Of a stretch of 64,000 nt of DNA, positions 45,091 to 55,249 are shown piece by piece. Each line of letters starts with the position of its first letter. The stretch's first letter is position 1. The DNA lies in the IMG/VR virus record IMGVR_UViG_2588253764_000003; one strand, 5' to 3'. The stretch is from a virus (Duplodnaviria > Caudoviricetes). The position numbers and the translations under genes were made by a program. A model generated the notes under the pieces. That model had not been told where the DNA came from and made no database searches. It was given only the letters and a program-made list of their open reading frames with translations.

Positions 45091-45732
45091 TTACGCAGCG
45101 TCTTTTATAGACTGGTCATTATAGACAATTTCTTTACTACAGACTTCAATATTATTGCGAACCCAAGTGTCACCTTTGATAACCGCATTGCGAAAAATCT
45201 TTACATTTGGAAAAATACAAGCATATCCGGAAATTTTCGCATTATCATAAATTTTTGTATCATTAAAAACACAAGCGTAATAATGAACATGAGCATTACC
45301 AAAAATATGAGCATCCGGATAAATACGTGCAAAGCCATACACATGAGCATTGCCATAAATATGGCCAGCCACAACCGCCTTGCCATAAACCCTTGCATTT
45401 TCATAAATACAAGCCATATTATTCACATGGGCATACCCACTTACAACGGCATTATCGTAAACCCTTGCATTGCTATAAACCTTGGCTTTACCGCCGACCC
45501 AGCAATTGCCATCATGGGATAAATTACTTTCACCTTGTATAAACCCGCCTAACTCACCTTTTTTGACGTCTCCAAAATCTCTTAAAGCGCGAATTCTATG
45601 AAGTGTTTTAAAGCCCACCTCTATTGTCTCACCTGTAAATTCGTATTTTTTTGCAGGCTGTTGTTTATTAACAGATGCAGTTTCATTTGAAATGTTAGAG
45701 AGAATGGGGGTGTTTTTTGAGATATTTGTCAT
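45091..45732 (-). CDS. Hexapeptide-repeat LbH protein (first gene of array)
   Basis: Paralog of 27066-27701. Confidence 0.88.
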   Translation of the reverse strand: MTNISKNTPILSNISNETASVNKQQPAKKYEFTGETIEVGFKTLHRIRALRDFGDVKKGELGGFIQGESNLSHDGNCWVGGKAKVYSNARVYDNAVVSGYAHVNNMACIYENARVYGKAVVAGHIYGNAHVYGFARIYPDAHIFGNAHVHYYACVFNDTKIYDNAKISGYACIFPNVKIFRNAVIKGDTWVRNNIEVCSKEIVYNDQSIKDAA

Positions 45733-45781
45733 ATTTAAAACCTAACTGTAAAAAAGTTTTCAATTGACAACCCTATAAGGG

Positions 45782-45863
45782 CGCCGGGTGTTGAAAACAC
45801 GGCAGTTAGTCCGTTGCTACGCTTTTCCCATAAGGGTATTGTATGGCATAGCTACACCCGACA
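45782..45863 (-). ncRNA. C4/CI-like antisense RNA (element 3, word CTAACTG)
   Basis: Targets TGAAAAC..CAGTTAG at 45940-45958 and 45742-45762. Confidence 0.75.
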
Positions 45864-46507
45864 TGATCACCATATATGCTAACTAGAGCATAAAAGATAG
45901 TCAGTTTTTAATAGGATTAGGTTTATCGTAACCTAGTCGCTAACTGTAAGTGTTTTCATCACTTGAGTATTTATATAACAAAATACGTATTTATTGTCAA
46001 ATAATATTTTATCTTTTTTGATATTTTTTGTATTTTTTTAAATACGTTATGTATTGACAATATTATATGCTTATGAATTGCTTCTTTTATATTTATGCGC
46101 TTTTAAAGCTATATTATTGGCTTTCTTAAACGATTGCGTTATTTTTTGAATCTATACATTTATAATATTTTAAAAAGCTCTCATAATGCGTATTTTTATC
46201 TTTATAACCTATAAAGTTTTTTACTAAATGAATTTAAGATTTTTTGTGAATTTTGTTTATAACGCATTTATCATTTGAACTATCTTAATAAGCGCCGCGC
46301 TCTTATAACCAACGCATTCATTATGATTATAAAACCTTGCTGTTTTTACACCTTCTCTATAGCTGTTATGTTCTTTATAGCCATGGCATCATTTTTCATT
46401 TTCATAAAAGAAACGATAAATAGGATAATTACGATTTATAGACTGTTATGAAAACATCTAAAGAGAGATTGATAATTATAGAGATCAGAAAAATACCTTT
46501 TAATAGA

Positions 46508-47132
46508 CCGTGTCAGTGTTGTCAGTTTTGTCAGTTCCTTTTAGACACTCTATTATTTTTTTTAAATGCGTAAAAACTAAAAACATTATATTTCAATAGG
46601 TTAATTTCTTTTAAACATAACGCATATCAAGAGTACAATCTTTAAAGATAACCAATGATATGAATTGATTAAAACCTGTCAGTTATGTGTCAGTAAATTG
46701 AACTGACAAAAGTGATCATTTTAGTAAGTCATTAAAACGTGTCTTATGAAAAGCATAGGAAATTAAAAACTGATTACGTTATAAAAATCCCTTTTATGAA
46801 TTTTATCAGTTCTTTTGAATGATAACCTTATGATTTAGAGAATGATTACAACGTGCTTTATAAAAAGCATGTGATCCTTTAAAGCCTTTCAAAAGATGGT
46901 TTATAACTCATAAGAAATGTTATCAAGATCATTAGGTTATGAGTTTTGGGGGTGTTTTTTATACGTATTATTTTATTTTTTTAATTAGAAATAAAAGTTA
47001 TTATATTTCAATATGTTAATGTTTTAAAGAAACAACCTATATTAAACACAATCCGTAAATACAATCTGTAATATATAAAAAAAGGGGTTTTGTAGGGGTT
47101 TTGGGGGTTTTAAGAACCGACAAAACCTATAA
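46508..47132. repeat. Iteron-like/IHF modules of element 3
   Basis: TGTCAGT module plus an inverted copy of the 34620-34812 GGGGTTTTG module. Confidence 0.5.
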
Positions 47133-47455
47133 GTAAAATGAATATACATAACTCTCTTTAAACAAAGCTTTTGAAAAGGATAAAGCTATCATTTTAGATT
47201 ACGGTATAATCTTTTAAAGGCAATGTAAAAAAATTTAATTCATTTTAAGAGTGGGTTTCTTAAAAGTCTTAAAGCAATCCAAAGTAGAGTATCTAAAAGT
47301 GCAAGTTTCTTCTTTTTAGAATAATGCATATTAGGATTATATGTAAGCAATGTATAAAGGGGGTATGGAGTATAAAGGGGTATAGAACCTATAGGTATAA
47401 GACCTTATACCCCTTATGCGTTTATCATACTCATTATGTGAGCATGCTTTATAAG

Positions 47456-50400
47456 TTATTCAGTTTTTCTTAATACCAAATTTGGTAGGTTCTTAACGAT
47501 TTTCATTGTTTCTAAACTTACGGTAATAACCCTTTGAAACAATTCTAGAGGGTAGGCGGGGTTGCCAACGGTTTCAACAGCATAGCGATTTGCATCATTG
47601 ACAATACCACTCTTTTTATCAGTCTTAACACATTGACGCGCCATAACCCATTCAAGAGCAGGTCTACCATTGACGATATACTCATAAGCTTCGAGAGGGA
47701 TATCTGTTATGGTAATATTGCTATTATAAATAACAGTTGATTTATCTTTTTCGGATTTTCCTTTCTCTTTAGCTGCTTTTGCGAATTTCATTTCAGTTAC
47801 ATAATAGAATTTCTCAGGATTAGAAATTTCTGTAAATTTTGGATTGCCCTTTTTAAAGGTCACTGGATAAGGTTCTACAGTTTCATAATTCACGTGCAGA
47901 TGACCCAATTCACGCCCTGCTGTTACAAATTTCCAAAAATCACCAGCACTTTTAACACAAGGGATACGAGGCAATTCTTTACATAAATTATCCGCATAAC
48001 GGGCACGATAATCTTCCGAATGCAAAAGACCGTAAACGTAATAAAAGATGTCTTCTTTTGTTATAGTCTCATTAGGATAAGCCGATTTAAAATGCGCTAC
48101 CCCCTCATCAGTAATGGCATCACGAACTTTCTTTTGTGCATCTGTAGTAAATAAGCTATGGTCGTGAGTTTTTTTATAATTAGAACATAATAGAAGCGGA
48201 TAGCATCTTGCTGTTTCTAATGTAGCATAGTTAATTGGTTTATTTGTCATGAGACATGAAAAATCTGATCGATTTCCTATGCCCGAAACACAAATCCCAA
48301 GATTATCAGGCATATCTGGATTAAAAAACTGATGTGTTTGTCCTAACATGTCATTAAGAAATGATGATGTATAATGCCACATTGTTACAAACGGACTATA
48401 GAGAGCAGGAACTATTAGATGGGGTTCAAAGATTGCATCATCTCCACGTTTTAAACGAGAAATAAGAGTATCCGTCCAACTAATTTTGGTAGCATCATAA
48501 TCAATAATATTTTTTACTGATATAGATGGGTTTTCAGTAACAAGACGTTTTTGTTCATTAAAAAATTTAATCGTTTTTTGAATAGAGGTACTTAGTGCGT
48601 TATTCGAAAAATTACAAACCCAAGAATCACGAGTTGATTTTATACCAAGCGATACTTCCTCAAATAACTTAGCATCTATTGGGGTATTCCTATTCCCCAT
48701 AGGTATGAATTGATCAAAATCAGCAACTCTTTGCTTTATCCAATCACCATGTTTATCTGGTGTAATTATTTGCCAACCTTTTTTATTTCGTGTAATGCCA
48801 TCAATGCTCCTAAATTTTTCAATTATCGTGAGCTTTTCTTCTCTATTGAGATAGTCTCCAATGTCACGAAAATATATTTTTCCATGCTGCTGTGCATTTG
48901 GATTTTTTACGAGAATAGAGATAGCAATAGGGGCACGAGAACCTTCACCAAAAATCTTACCACCTTCTTTACGAGAAATTTCTCCAGAGGTTCGTTGATT
49001 ACCACGCAAATGGAAAATATAAAGGCTGCTAAATTCTTCAACAAGGCACTTACGTAAACCATCCATAGAACTTCCATTGATAAAGCTTGCATTTGTGACA
49101 AAGCCGATTACCCCAGCATTATCAATACGGTCACTAGCCCAACGAATGGCACGAATATAACTATCATAAAGTTTGTTCCGATTTATAATTTTTGTTGATT
49201 TCAATATATATTTTTCACGGATACGTTCATCTAATATGGGGTAAGATGTATTCGGATTATTATCATTCTCACTTCTTTGACCAAAAGAATAAGGAGGGTT
49301 GCCAAAAATAACTTGGATATTGAGCTTTTTCTGATGCTCCAAATATTCACTGTTTTCTTTGAACAATTTTTGCAGAAGGTTCTTCTCTTCAAGCATGCGG
49401 AAAGTATCGGTCAAACCAATATGCTTGAAAGGAATATATTCACCTTTCATGATACTATGATACGTCGATTCTATGTTAATCGCTGCTATGTAATAGGCGA
49501 GTAAAACAATCTCATTGGCATGGATATCATGACGGAATTTATATTCCATATCCTCTGGTTTGATGAGATTGGATTGTAATAGCCTTGTGATAAAGGTACC
49601 CGTTCCAGTGAAAGGGTCAAGAATAGACACACCACGTGATCCCAAGCTTTTGCCAAATTCATTCCGCAACACATCATCAACAGAATGAATGATAAAATCA
49701 ACAACCTCAACGGGCGTATAAACAATCCCAAGCCTATCCGTGGTTTTCTTAAATGCCTTGGAAAAGAAATCCTCGTAGAGTTTGATAATAAGGTTTTGTC
49801 TTGCTTGGGGTTCGGTAATCCCAGAGGCGCGGAATTTTACACTGTTATAAAACCCTTGGAGTTCCAAAGACTCTTGCTTGATATCGGTTTTATCCAACTC
49901 AGCTAAAATCCTTTCCATGGCTTGTGAGATGCTATTGTTCTGGACAAATTCATTGCCCTCAAACAAGGCTTCAAATACCGGACGCGTCACAAGATGTTGT
50001 CCTAACATCTCAAGGGCTTCCTCTTGCGTAATACTGTCATTTAAATTGCTCTTTAATTCCTTATGAAACGCCTCAAAAGCACACCGCGCTTTGCCTTTCT
50101 CATCAGAAAGAATATCTTTAAGATGATTGATATGGTTTTGTGCAATCTCAGCAACATTGTTCGCCCAAATGCCCCAATAATCAGAAAGGGTCGATCTTTT
50201 AATCAGAACGGTTTTAAGTGCATTAGGAAATGCTGCTACAAAATTGAAGTTTGTTTGTCCATGATGAGTAGAAAGCGCTTTACGGATTGGAGAGACATTG
50301 CTTGCGCTTGCATGCTCTGGTTTTGCTTGAAGAGGGATATCATCAACAACCGTGGTGACATTCTGTATATCAATATTTTGAGAAACCGTTATAATCTCTA

Positions 50401-52414
50401 AAATAGGGCTGACATCTTGTCCTAAATTCATTTGATTGAGCGTTTTACTAAAATTCTCATCATGAGAAAGCAGCGCATCGAGAACCTGCCAAACAACACT
50501 GTATTTCTTATTGTTCTGTAAAGCTTTTTCGGGGTCAATCCCAGCAGGGACCCCAACGGGTAAAATAATATAGCCTCTTTTTTTGCCCGGAGCGCGCCGC
50601 ATTACACGTCCGACCGCCTGTATCACATCCACTTGGCTTTTACGCGGGTGTAAAAACATCACCGCATCAAGAGAAGGAACATCTACACCTTCAGACAGAC
50701 ATCTTACATTGGTGAGAACACGGCAATGATTTTCTCCCATATTTTCTTCAAGCCAATCCAGTTTTCTTGACCGTTCTTTTGCGCCATCCTTCCCATCAAT
50801 ATGGTCCACTTCACAGATCAGAGGAGGCGTATCGGGGTGGTTTTGATAAAGTCTGTTGAAAATCCTCTTAACACCTTTTCCTTGAAAGGTATCACGGATC
50901 TGTTTAGAGGTCTTGATATCTTTACAAAAAGCCAAGGCACGACGCATGGGAGCCGTATCATCCCCAAGATCAGTTTTCAGATCCAGTTTGGCTAAAGCTT
51001 GATAACAGCCAACAATTTTTGTTCTATAATCAAGAAGAAGTTCATAATCTTTACTTGTGGTAGGCATCTCCATGGTTTTACTGATTTTCCCCTCATCAAC
51101 ACCTAAAACAATAATCTTATAAGGGGTTAACAGTTCATTCTTGACCGCATCGGTGAAACTGTAGGTATAAAGCACTTTTCCATAAAGCGTTTCATTATCC
51201 ATAGAGGCTAAAACAGCATCAACCTCATCAGCACGCCTTTTGGCATGGTTACTAAAGATACGAGGCGTTGCTGTCATGTATAGACGTTTCTTGCCTCGAA
51301 TAAGACTGTTATCATGAACCTTGATAAAATCAGATTCATTGTCCTCTGTTCCTAATGAAGCCCCCGTTGTTCTATGCGCCTCATCACAAATAATCAAATC
51401 AAAGGCTGCTAAACCATGATCCTTTTGTGCATCAACAATGACTTGTATTGATTGATAGGTCGCAAAAATAACACTCATCGCATGGGGAGAAGAGTTGCCT
51501 ACTTTCTCGACAAGCCTAGAGGCATCGGTTGTCGCAGGGAGGGCTAAATCAGATGCCGATATTTCCCCATCATCCTCTTGGTTTTTACGACGCTTGCCGA
51601 TTTGCTTATCGGAACACACCGCAAAGCAACGCAAGGGCACTTGTGCATCGGCTGTCCATTCACGAATGCTTTGTGACATCAAGGCAAGAGAAGGGACCAA
51701 AAACAATACATGCTTGCCAGTTCCTGCTATGTGTTCAGCTATCTTCAAACTGGTGAAAGTCTTGCCCGTTCCACATGCCATAATCAGCTTGCCACGGTCT
51801 GCTTCTTGTAAACCCTCACAAACCGCTTTGAGCGCTTCTTTCTGATGATCTAAAAGCTTTTTCTTCTTTTGCTCGTAAAGAACAATGTTGCCCGTCTTAT
51901 CAAAAATACCCCAATCGATTTGACTATTGTCCATATCAAACAGATTAATCCGATAAACCGGAACCGCTTGCCCTTCAATCATGGTATTGGCATTTTCGCT
52001 TAAATCTCTTTCTGTACTATCAATGAGCAGACGGTATTTAAATCTCTTTTTACCAGAAATAGCGATAAAGCTTTCAATATCATCTTGGGTAATCTGATGA
52101 TTGGTCTCATAAAATTGACAGCGAATAGCAACGTAATCGTCTTGATCACGAATTTTAGCCACTAAATCAATATCGGTGTCTGTATCGCTTCCTTTCCATC
52201 CCTTTTCGTCAGCGACCTCTCTATAAGTTTGAACCTTTTCGTATTCTTGGCATTGAAGCGGGTCTTGCGTCAAATAGGCAATGACAAACTTTTCAAAAGC
52301 AGCCTGCTTTTCTTGCTCTGATATCGCTTGTTCACGATAAGATTGTAAGAGCGCGCGTAAAGAGACATGTTTGTTATCAGAATAAAGAGGGTGAGACATA
52401 AAGAACGACTCCAT
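47456..52414 (-). CDS. Type ISP RM enzyme, third allele (divergent TRD, altered nuclease motif)
   Basis: Helicase and MTase motifs intact; AIRCQ replaces AIQCK. Confidence 0.92.
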   Translation of the reverse strand: MESFFMSHPLYSDNKHVSLRALLQSYREQAISEQEKQAAFEKFVIAYLTQDPLQCQEYEKVQTYREVADEKGWKGSDTDTDIDLVAKIRDQDDYVAIRCQFYETNHQITQDDIESFIAISGKKRFKYRLLIDSTERDLSENANTMIEGQAVPVYRINLFDMDNSQIDWGIFDKTGNIVLYEQKKKKLLDHQKEALKAVCEGLQEADRGKLIMACGTGKTFTSLKIAEHIAGTGKHVLFLVPSLALMSQSIREWTADAQVPLRCFAVCSDKQIGKRRKNQEDDGEISASDLALPATTDASRLVEKVGNSSPHAMSVIFATYQSIQVIVDAQKDHGLAAFDLIICDEAHRTTGASLGTEDNESDFIKVHDNSLIRGKKRLYMTATPRIFSNHAKRRADEVDAVLASMDNETLYGKVLYTYSFTDAVKNELLTPYKIIVLGVDEGKISKTMEMPTTSKDYELLLDYRTKIVGCYQALAKLDLKTDLGDDTAPMRRALAFCKDIKTSKQIRDTFQGKGVKRIFNRLYQNHPDTPPLICEVDHIDGKDGAKERSRKLDWLEENMGENHCRVLTNVRCLSEGVDVPSLDAVMFLHPRKSQVDVIQAVGRVMRRAPGKKRGYIILPVGVPAGIDPEKALQNNKKYSVVWQVLDALLSHDENFSKTLNQMNLGQDVSPILEIITVSQNIDIQNVTTVVDDIPLQAKPEHASASNVSPIRKALSTHHGQTNFNFVAAFPNALKTVLIKRSTLSDYWGIWANNVAEIAQNHINHLKDILSDEKGKARCAFEAFHKELKSNLNDSITQEEALEMLGQHLVTRPVFEALFEGNEFVQNNSISQAMERILAELDKTDIKQESLELQGFYNSVKFRASGITEPQARQNLIIKLYEDFFSKAFKKTTDRLGIVYTPVEVVDFIIHSVDDVLRNEFGKSLGSRGVSILDPFTGTGTFITRLLQSNLIKPEDMEYKFRHDIHANEIVLLAYYIAAINIESTYHSIMKGEYIPFKHIGLTDTFRMLEEKNLLQKLFKENSEYLEHQKKLNIQVIFGNPPYSFGQRSENDNNPNTSYPILDERIREKYILKSTKIINRNKLYDSYIRAIRWASDRIDNAGVIGFVTNASFINGSSMDGLRKCLVEEFSSLYIFHLRGNQRTSGEISRKEGGKIFGEGSRAPIAISILVKNPNAQQHGKIYFRDIGDYLNREEKLTIIEKFRSIDGITRNKKGWQIITPDKHGDWIKQRVADFDQFIPMGNRNTPIDAKLFEEVSLGIKSTRDSWVCNFSNNALSTSIQKTIKFFNEQKRLVTENPSISVKNIIDYDATKISWTDTLISRLKRGDDAIFEPHLIVPALYSPFVTMWHYTSSFLNDMLGQTHQFFNPDMPDNLGICVSGIGNRSDFSCLMTNKPINYATLETARCYPLLLCSNYKKTHDHSLFTTDAQKKVRDAITDEGVAHFKSAYPNETITKEDIFYYVYGLLHSEDYRARYADNLCKELPRIPCVKSAGDFWKFVTAGRELGHLHVNYETVEPYPVTFKKGNPKFTEISNPEKFYYVTEMKFAKAAKEKGKSEKDKSTVIYNSNITITDIPLEAYEYIVNGRPALEWVMARQCVKTDKKSGIVNDANRYAVETVGNPAYPLELFQRVITVSLETMKIVKNLPNLVLRKTE

Positions 52415-52699
52415 GACAATATATTCTAAAGATCGATTCTCTTCAAAAGAATCAAAATGAAGCTTATTAAATCCATTTTGAGTAAATGGTAAAAAAAATG
52501 TAGAAAAATGCGAAAAAACGGATAATTTTTTTCAAAAGGGTTTTTTAAAGGTTTTTTATCAACAGCCCATGACATGGGACAAGATCAGAAAAGTAGTAAA
52601 ATTTGCTGTTTATTTTATGGAAAAAAGACAAATGTACTACGTGCTTTAAAATATCAGAATGAGTATTTTGAAGTGTTTTACGAGGCACTAAAATAGTCT

Positions 52700-52900
52700 A
52701 TTTTGTCAGTTCAATTTACTGACACATAACTGACGAGTTTTAATCAACCCATATCATTGGTTATCTTTAAAGATTGTATTCTTGATATGGGGTGTGTTTT
52801 AAAGACATTAACCTATTGAAATATAAAGTTTTTAATTTTCACTCATTTGAAAAAATAATTATAGGGTCTAAAAGGAACTGATAACACTGGACAAAACTCT
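52700..52900. repeat. Inverted copy of the TGTCAGT iteron/IHF module
   Basis: Reverse complement of about 46510-46711. Confidence 0.7.
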
Positions 52901-53437
52901 TTCTATAAGATCACTCAGATCATTTTTTAAGAGAAAAATTCTTTGATGAAAATGCCATTAAATATAACTTATTAGAAAATCAAGACTTTGTTTGCTCGCC
53001 AAATTTGGCGAGCAAAGGCAGGAAAAAGAGTTTTGCGTAATTGTCTTGAAAGGCTCTCAAAGAGATTTCTTATTGTTTTATGCTGTTGTTTTTGACGACT
53101 GGATGTACTTGATAGTATGATGTCTCGTTTATATGCGTGTTGAGTGGCTTAAAGGAACTGGAGAGTGAATTTATCTCTAATGATTGATAAGTATATTGTA
53201 GCGTTAAACTGGGGATATTGAGGCTTAGACATTGACTTGCCAAACAATTTTGGTTACGGTTTTTCTAGCGTAAATGTGGGGGAGAGATCTTCAGCAGTTA
53301 AAATAAAGCAGGGTTTTGGTGCGGATTGTCTTTGAATACAGAGATGGACCCTGTTATTAGAAATCTTCATAGGATAATACCCATTTTGAATGGTGTTATC
53401 AAAGGTTCGTGAAGTTTTTTTTAACAATGCTTCATGA

Positions 53438-55225
53438 ATGATAAAAGCGGGGCAATCTGTATTGTTATTCATCTTTTTGCGTAGGAAGAGTTTTTTAAGG
53501 TTTTTTCTTGCCTTAGTGTTGTTTGTCCTGTTGCGTGGCGTAAATGTTTATGCGCGCTCCTCAGCTATTTTTCATTCCCCAACCGATAATTTTTCTCGCA
53601 GATATTCAGAAAAGCAGCAATTAGAAAGAATTGAGAATTTACGGGCCTTAACGCCTAAAGGTATGACAAGGACTTCTGAGGGAAAACAAGGAGCACTTTT
53701 GGGGAGTGTGTACTGCTTCCCAATTCATGATATAGTTGTTGATGGGGTTTATCATATCAAGAAGAGCTCTATAGCCGCTGTAACAAATCCCTATGTTGGA
53801 AGATGTATCGGTCTTGTCGATATCCAGCTCTTAATCAAGAAGTTAACCAAAGTTTATTTGGATCAAGGCTATGTAACGGCGCGTTTTTACATTCCTGATC
53901 AAGATATCAAAAACAGCAAGACGCTCAAATTTGTTGTGGTTGAGGGCAAGCTTTCGGATATTTATTACAATGGCTTACCAGCTTCTTCTCATAATTATGT
54001 TGTTTGGAGTGCTTTTCCGGGTTTGGAAGGGCACATTCTGAATATGCGCGATATTGAACAGGGGCTTGATCAAATCAACAGGCTTTTTTCAGGGCACGCT
54101 CAAAGCGAACTTCTTCCAGGGCGTGAAGAAGGGAGCACCATTGTCAATATTAACAATCATCCCGATAAAACTTTCAAGGTTACTGTTTCTCATGACAATA
54201 TGGGACAATCTTCCACGGGTTATGCGCGTTATAGTGCGGGCTTAAGGGTAGAAAATATTTTAGGGATGAATGATGCGTGGGGTTTTAACTATCAACGCAG
54301 TGAGCCCGATTATTGGGGTGGGAGCAAGCAAGAAGGACATAGCAATAACATTTCAGCGAGTGTGAGTATTCCATATGGTTATTGGACCTTTGGATTGAAT
54401 GGCACTGTTTATAATTATCAAAGCATTATCCATGGCAATTTTACCGATATTGAGACGACGGGGGATTCCAGTGAGTTACATGCCAGTACAAGCAGGGTTC
54501 TTCACCGTGATAGTGTTTCCCTGACAACTTTGAATGTGGGGCTTTCCTATAAAAGAACCAACAACTACCTTCTTGGCAATAAGATAGAGGTTGGCAGTCG
54601 TCAATATAGTGTCGCCAATTTTGGCATTTCGCATTCTCGTCAGATGTTCGGGGGGACTTGGACCTTTGATGTGAGTTATTTGCAAGGACCTCCCCTTTTC
54701 CATTCTGTAAAGAAACATACTCCAGGAGCGGGGGATGGGGAGCCTCAATTTGCAAAATTTACCGGCACACTGAGTGTTATGACGCCTTTTAAGGTTGGTG
54801 AGTGGAATTTTCTGTTGAGCAATCTTTTGAGTGGTCAATATTCACCACATAATTTATTGGCTGCAGAGCAGATTTCGTTGGGAGGCACTTCCAATGTTCG
54901 TGGCACGCGCGAGAGTTTGATTTTTGGCAATAACGGTTTTTTTACCCGTAATGACTTGATGCTGAGAACCATTCCGTGGAGCAATAGTGCGACGCTCAAA
55001 AAGACTTTGGGTGAACTTCGCCCTTATGTTGGTTTGGACTATGGTCGTGTTTTTTCGCAAGCTTTGTATGGATTTACGAGTGAACAGCTTGCGGGTTGGA
55101 CAGCAGGCATCAAGCTTTCAGGGGGGATGGTTTCTCTTGATGCCAGTTATTCCAGTATTTTCTGGAGCACAGTCAAACATAAGAAGTCAGGCACATTTTT
55201 AATGACATTAGCAATGGAACTTTAA
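53438..55225 (+). CDS. fhaC: ShlB/FhaC/HecB two-partner secretion transporter (TpsB)
   Basis: POTRA motifs (YLDQGYVTAR, LNMRDIEQGLDQINRL), VRG motif in loop 6, beta-barrel C-terminus. Confidence 0.92.
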   Translation: MIKAGQSVLLFIFLRRKSFLRFFLALVLFVLLRGVNVYARSSAIFHSPTDNFSRRYSEKQQLERIENLRALTPKGMTRTSEGKQGALLGSVYCFPIHDIVVDGVYHIKKSSIAAVTNPYVGRCIGLVDIQLLIKKLTKVYLDQGYVTARFYIPDQDIKNSKTLKFVVVEGKLSDIYYNGLPASSHNYVVWSAFPGLEGHILNMRDIEQGLDQINRLFSGHAQSELLPGREEGSTIVNINNHPDKTFKVTVSHDNMGQSSTGYARYSAGLRVENILGMNDAWGFNYQRSEPDYWGGSKQEGHSNNISASVSIPYGYWTFGLNGTVYNYQSIIHGNFTDIETTGDSSELHASTSRVLHRDSVSLTTLNVGLSYKRTNNYLLGNKIEVGSRQYSVANFGISHSRQMFGGTWTFDVSYLQGPPLFHSVKKHTPGAGDGEPQFAKFTGTLSVMTPFKVGEWNFLLSNLLSGQYSPHNLLAAEQISLGGTSNVRGTRESLIFGNNGFFTRNDLMLRTIPWSNSATLKKTLGELRPYVGLDYGRVFSQALYGFTSEQLAGWTAGIKLSGGMVSLDASYSSIFWSTVKHKKSGTFLMTLAMEL

Positions 55226-55249
55226 GCGTATTTATTGGGGAGTTAAAGC

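Larger units (their letters stand above)
42006..53020 (-). mobile_element. Integrative element 3 inserted in the portal gene (right end not seen; may include the TPS locus)
   Basis: Left end ATTATAAATAAAAATACAATAAAGTCAATATG..ATCCAC matches the left ends of elements 1 and 2; same LbH array, C4-like RNA and ISP gene. Confidence 0.85.

Noticed and set aside
4020-45542. Many Met/Ile-rich ORFs overlapping the LbH genes in other frames or strands
   Set aside because: Shadow frames produced by the repetitive TATGGCAATGC codon pattern; no independent RBS or domain signal
5526-52600. Assembly artefact or simple tandem triplication
   Set aside because: The copies differ in gene content, C4 words and att sites, and are separated by unique, collinear prophage genes
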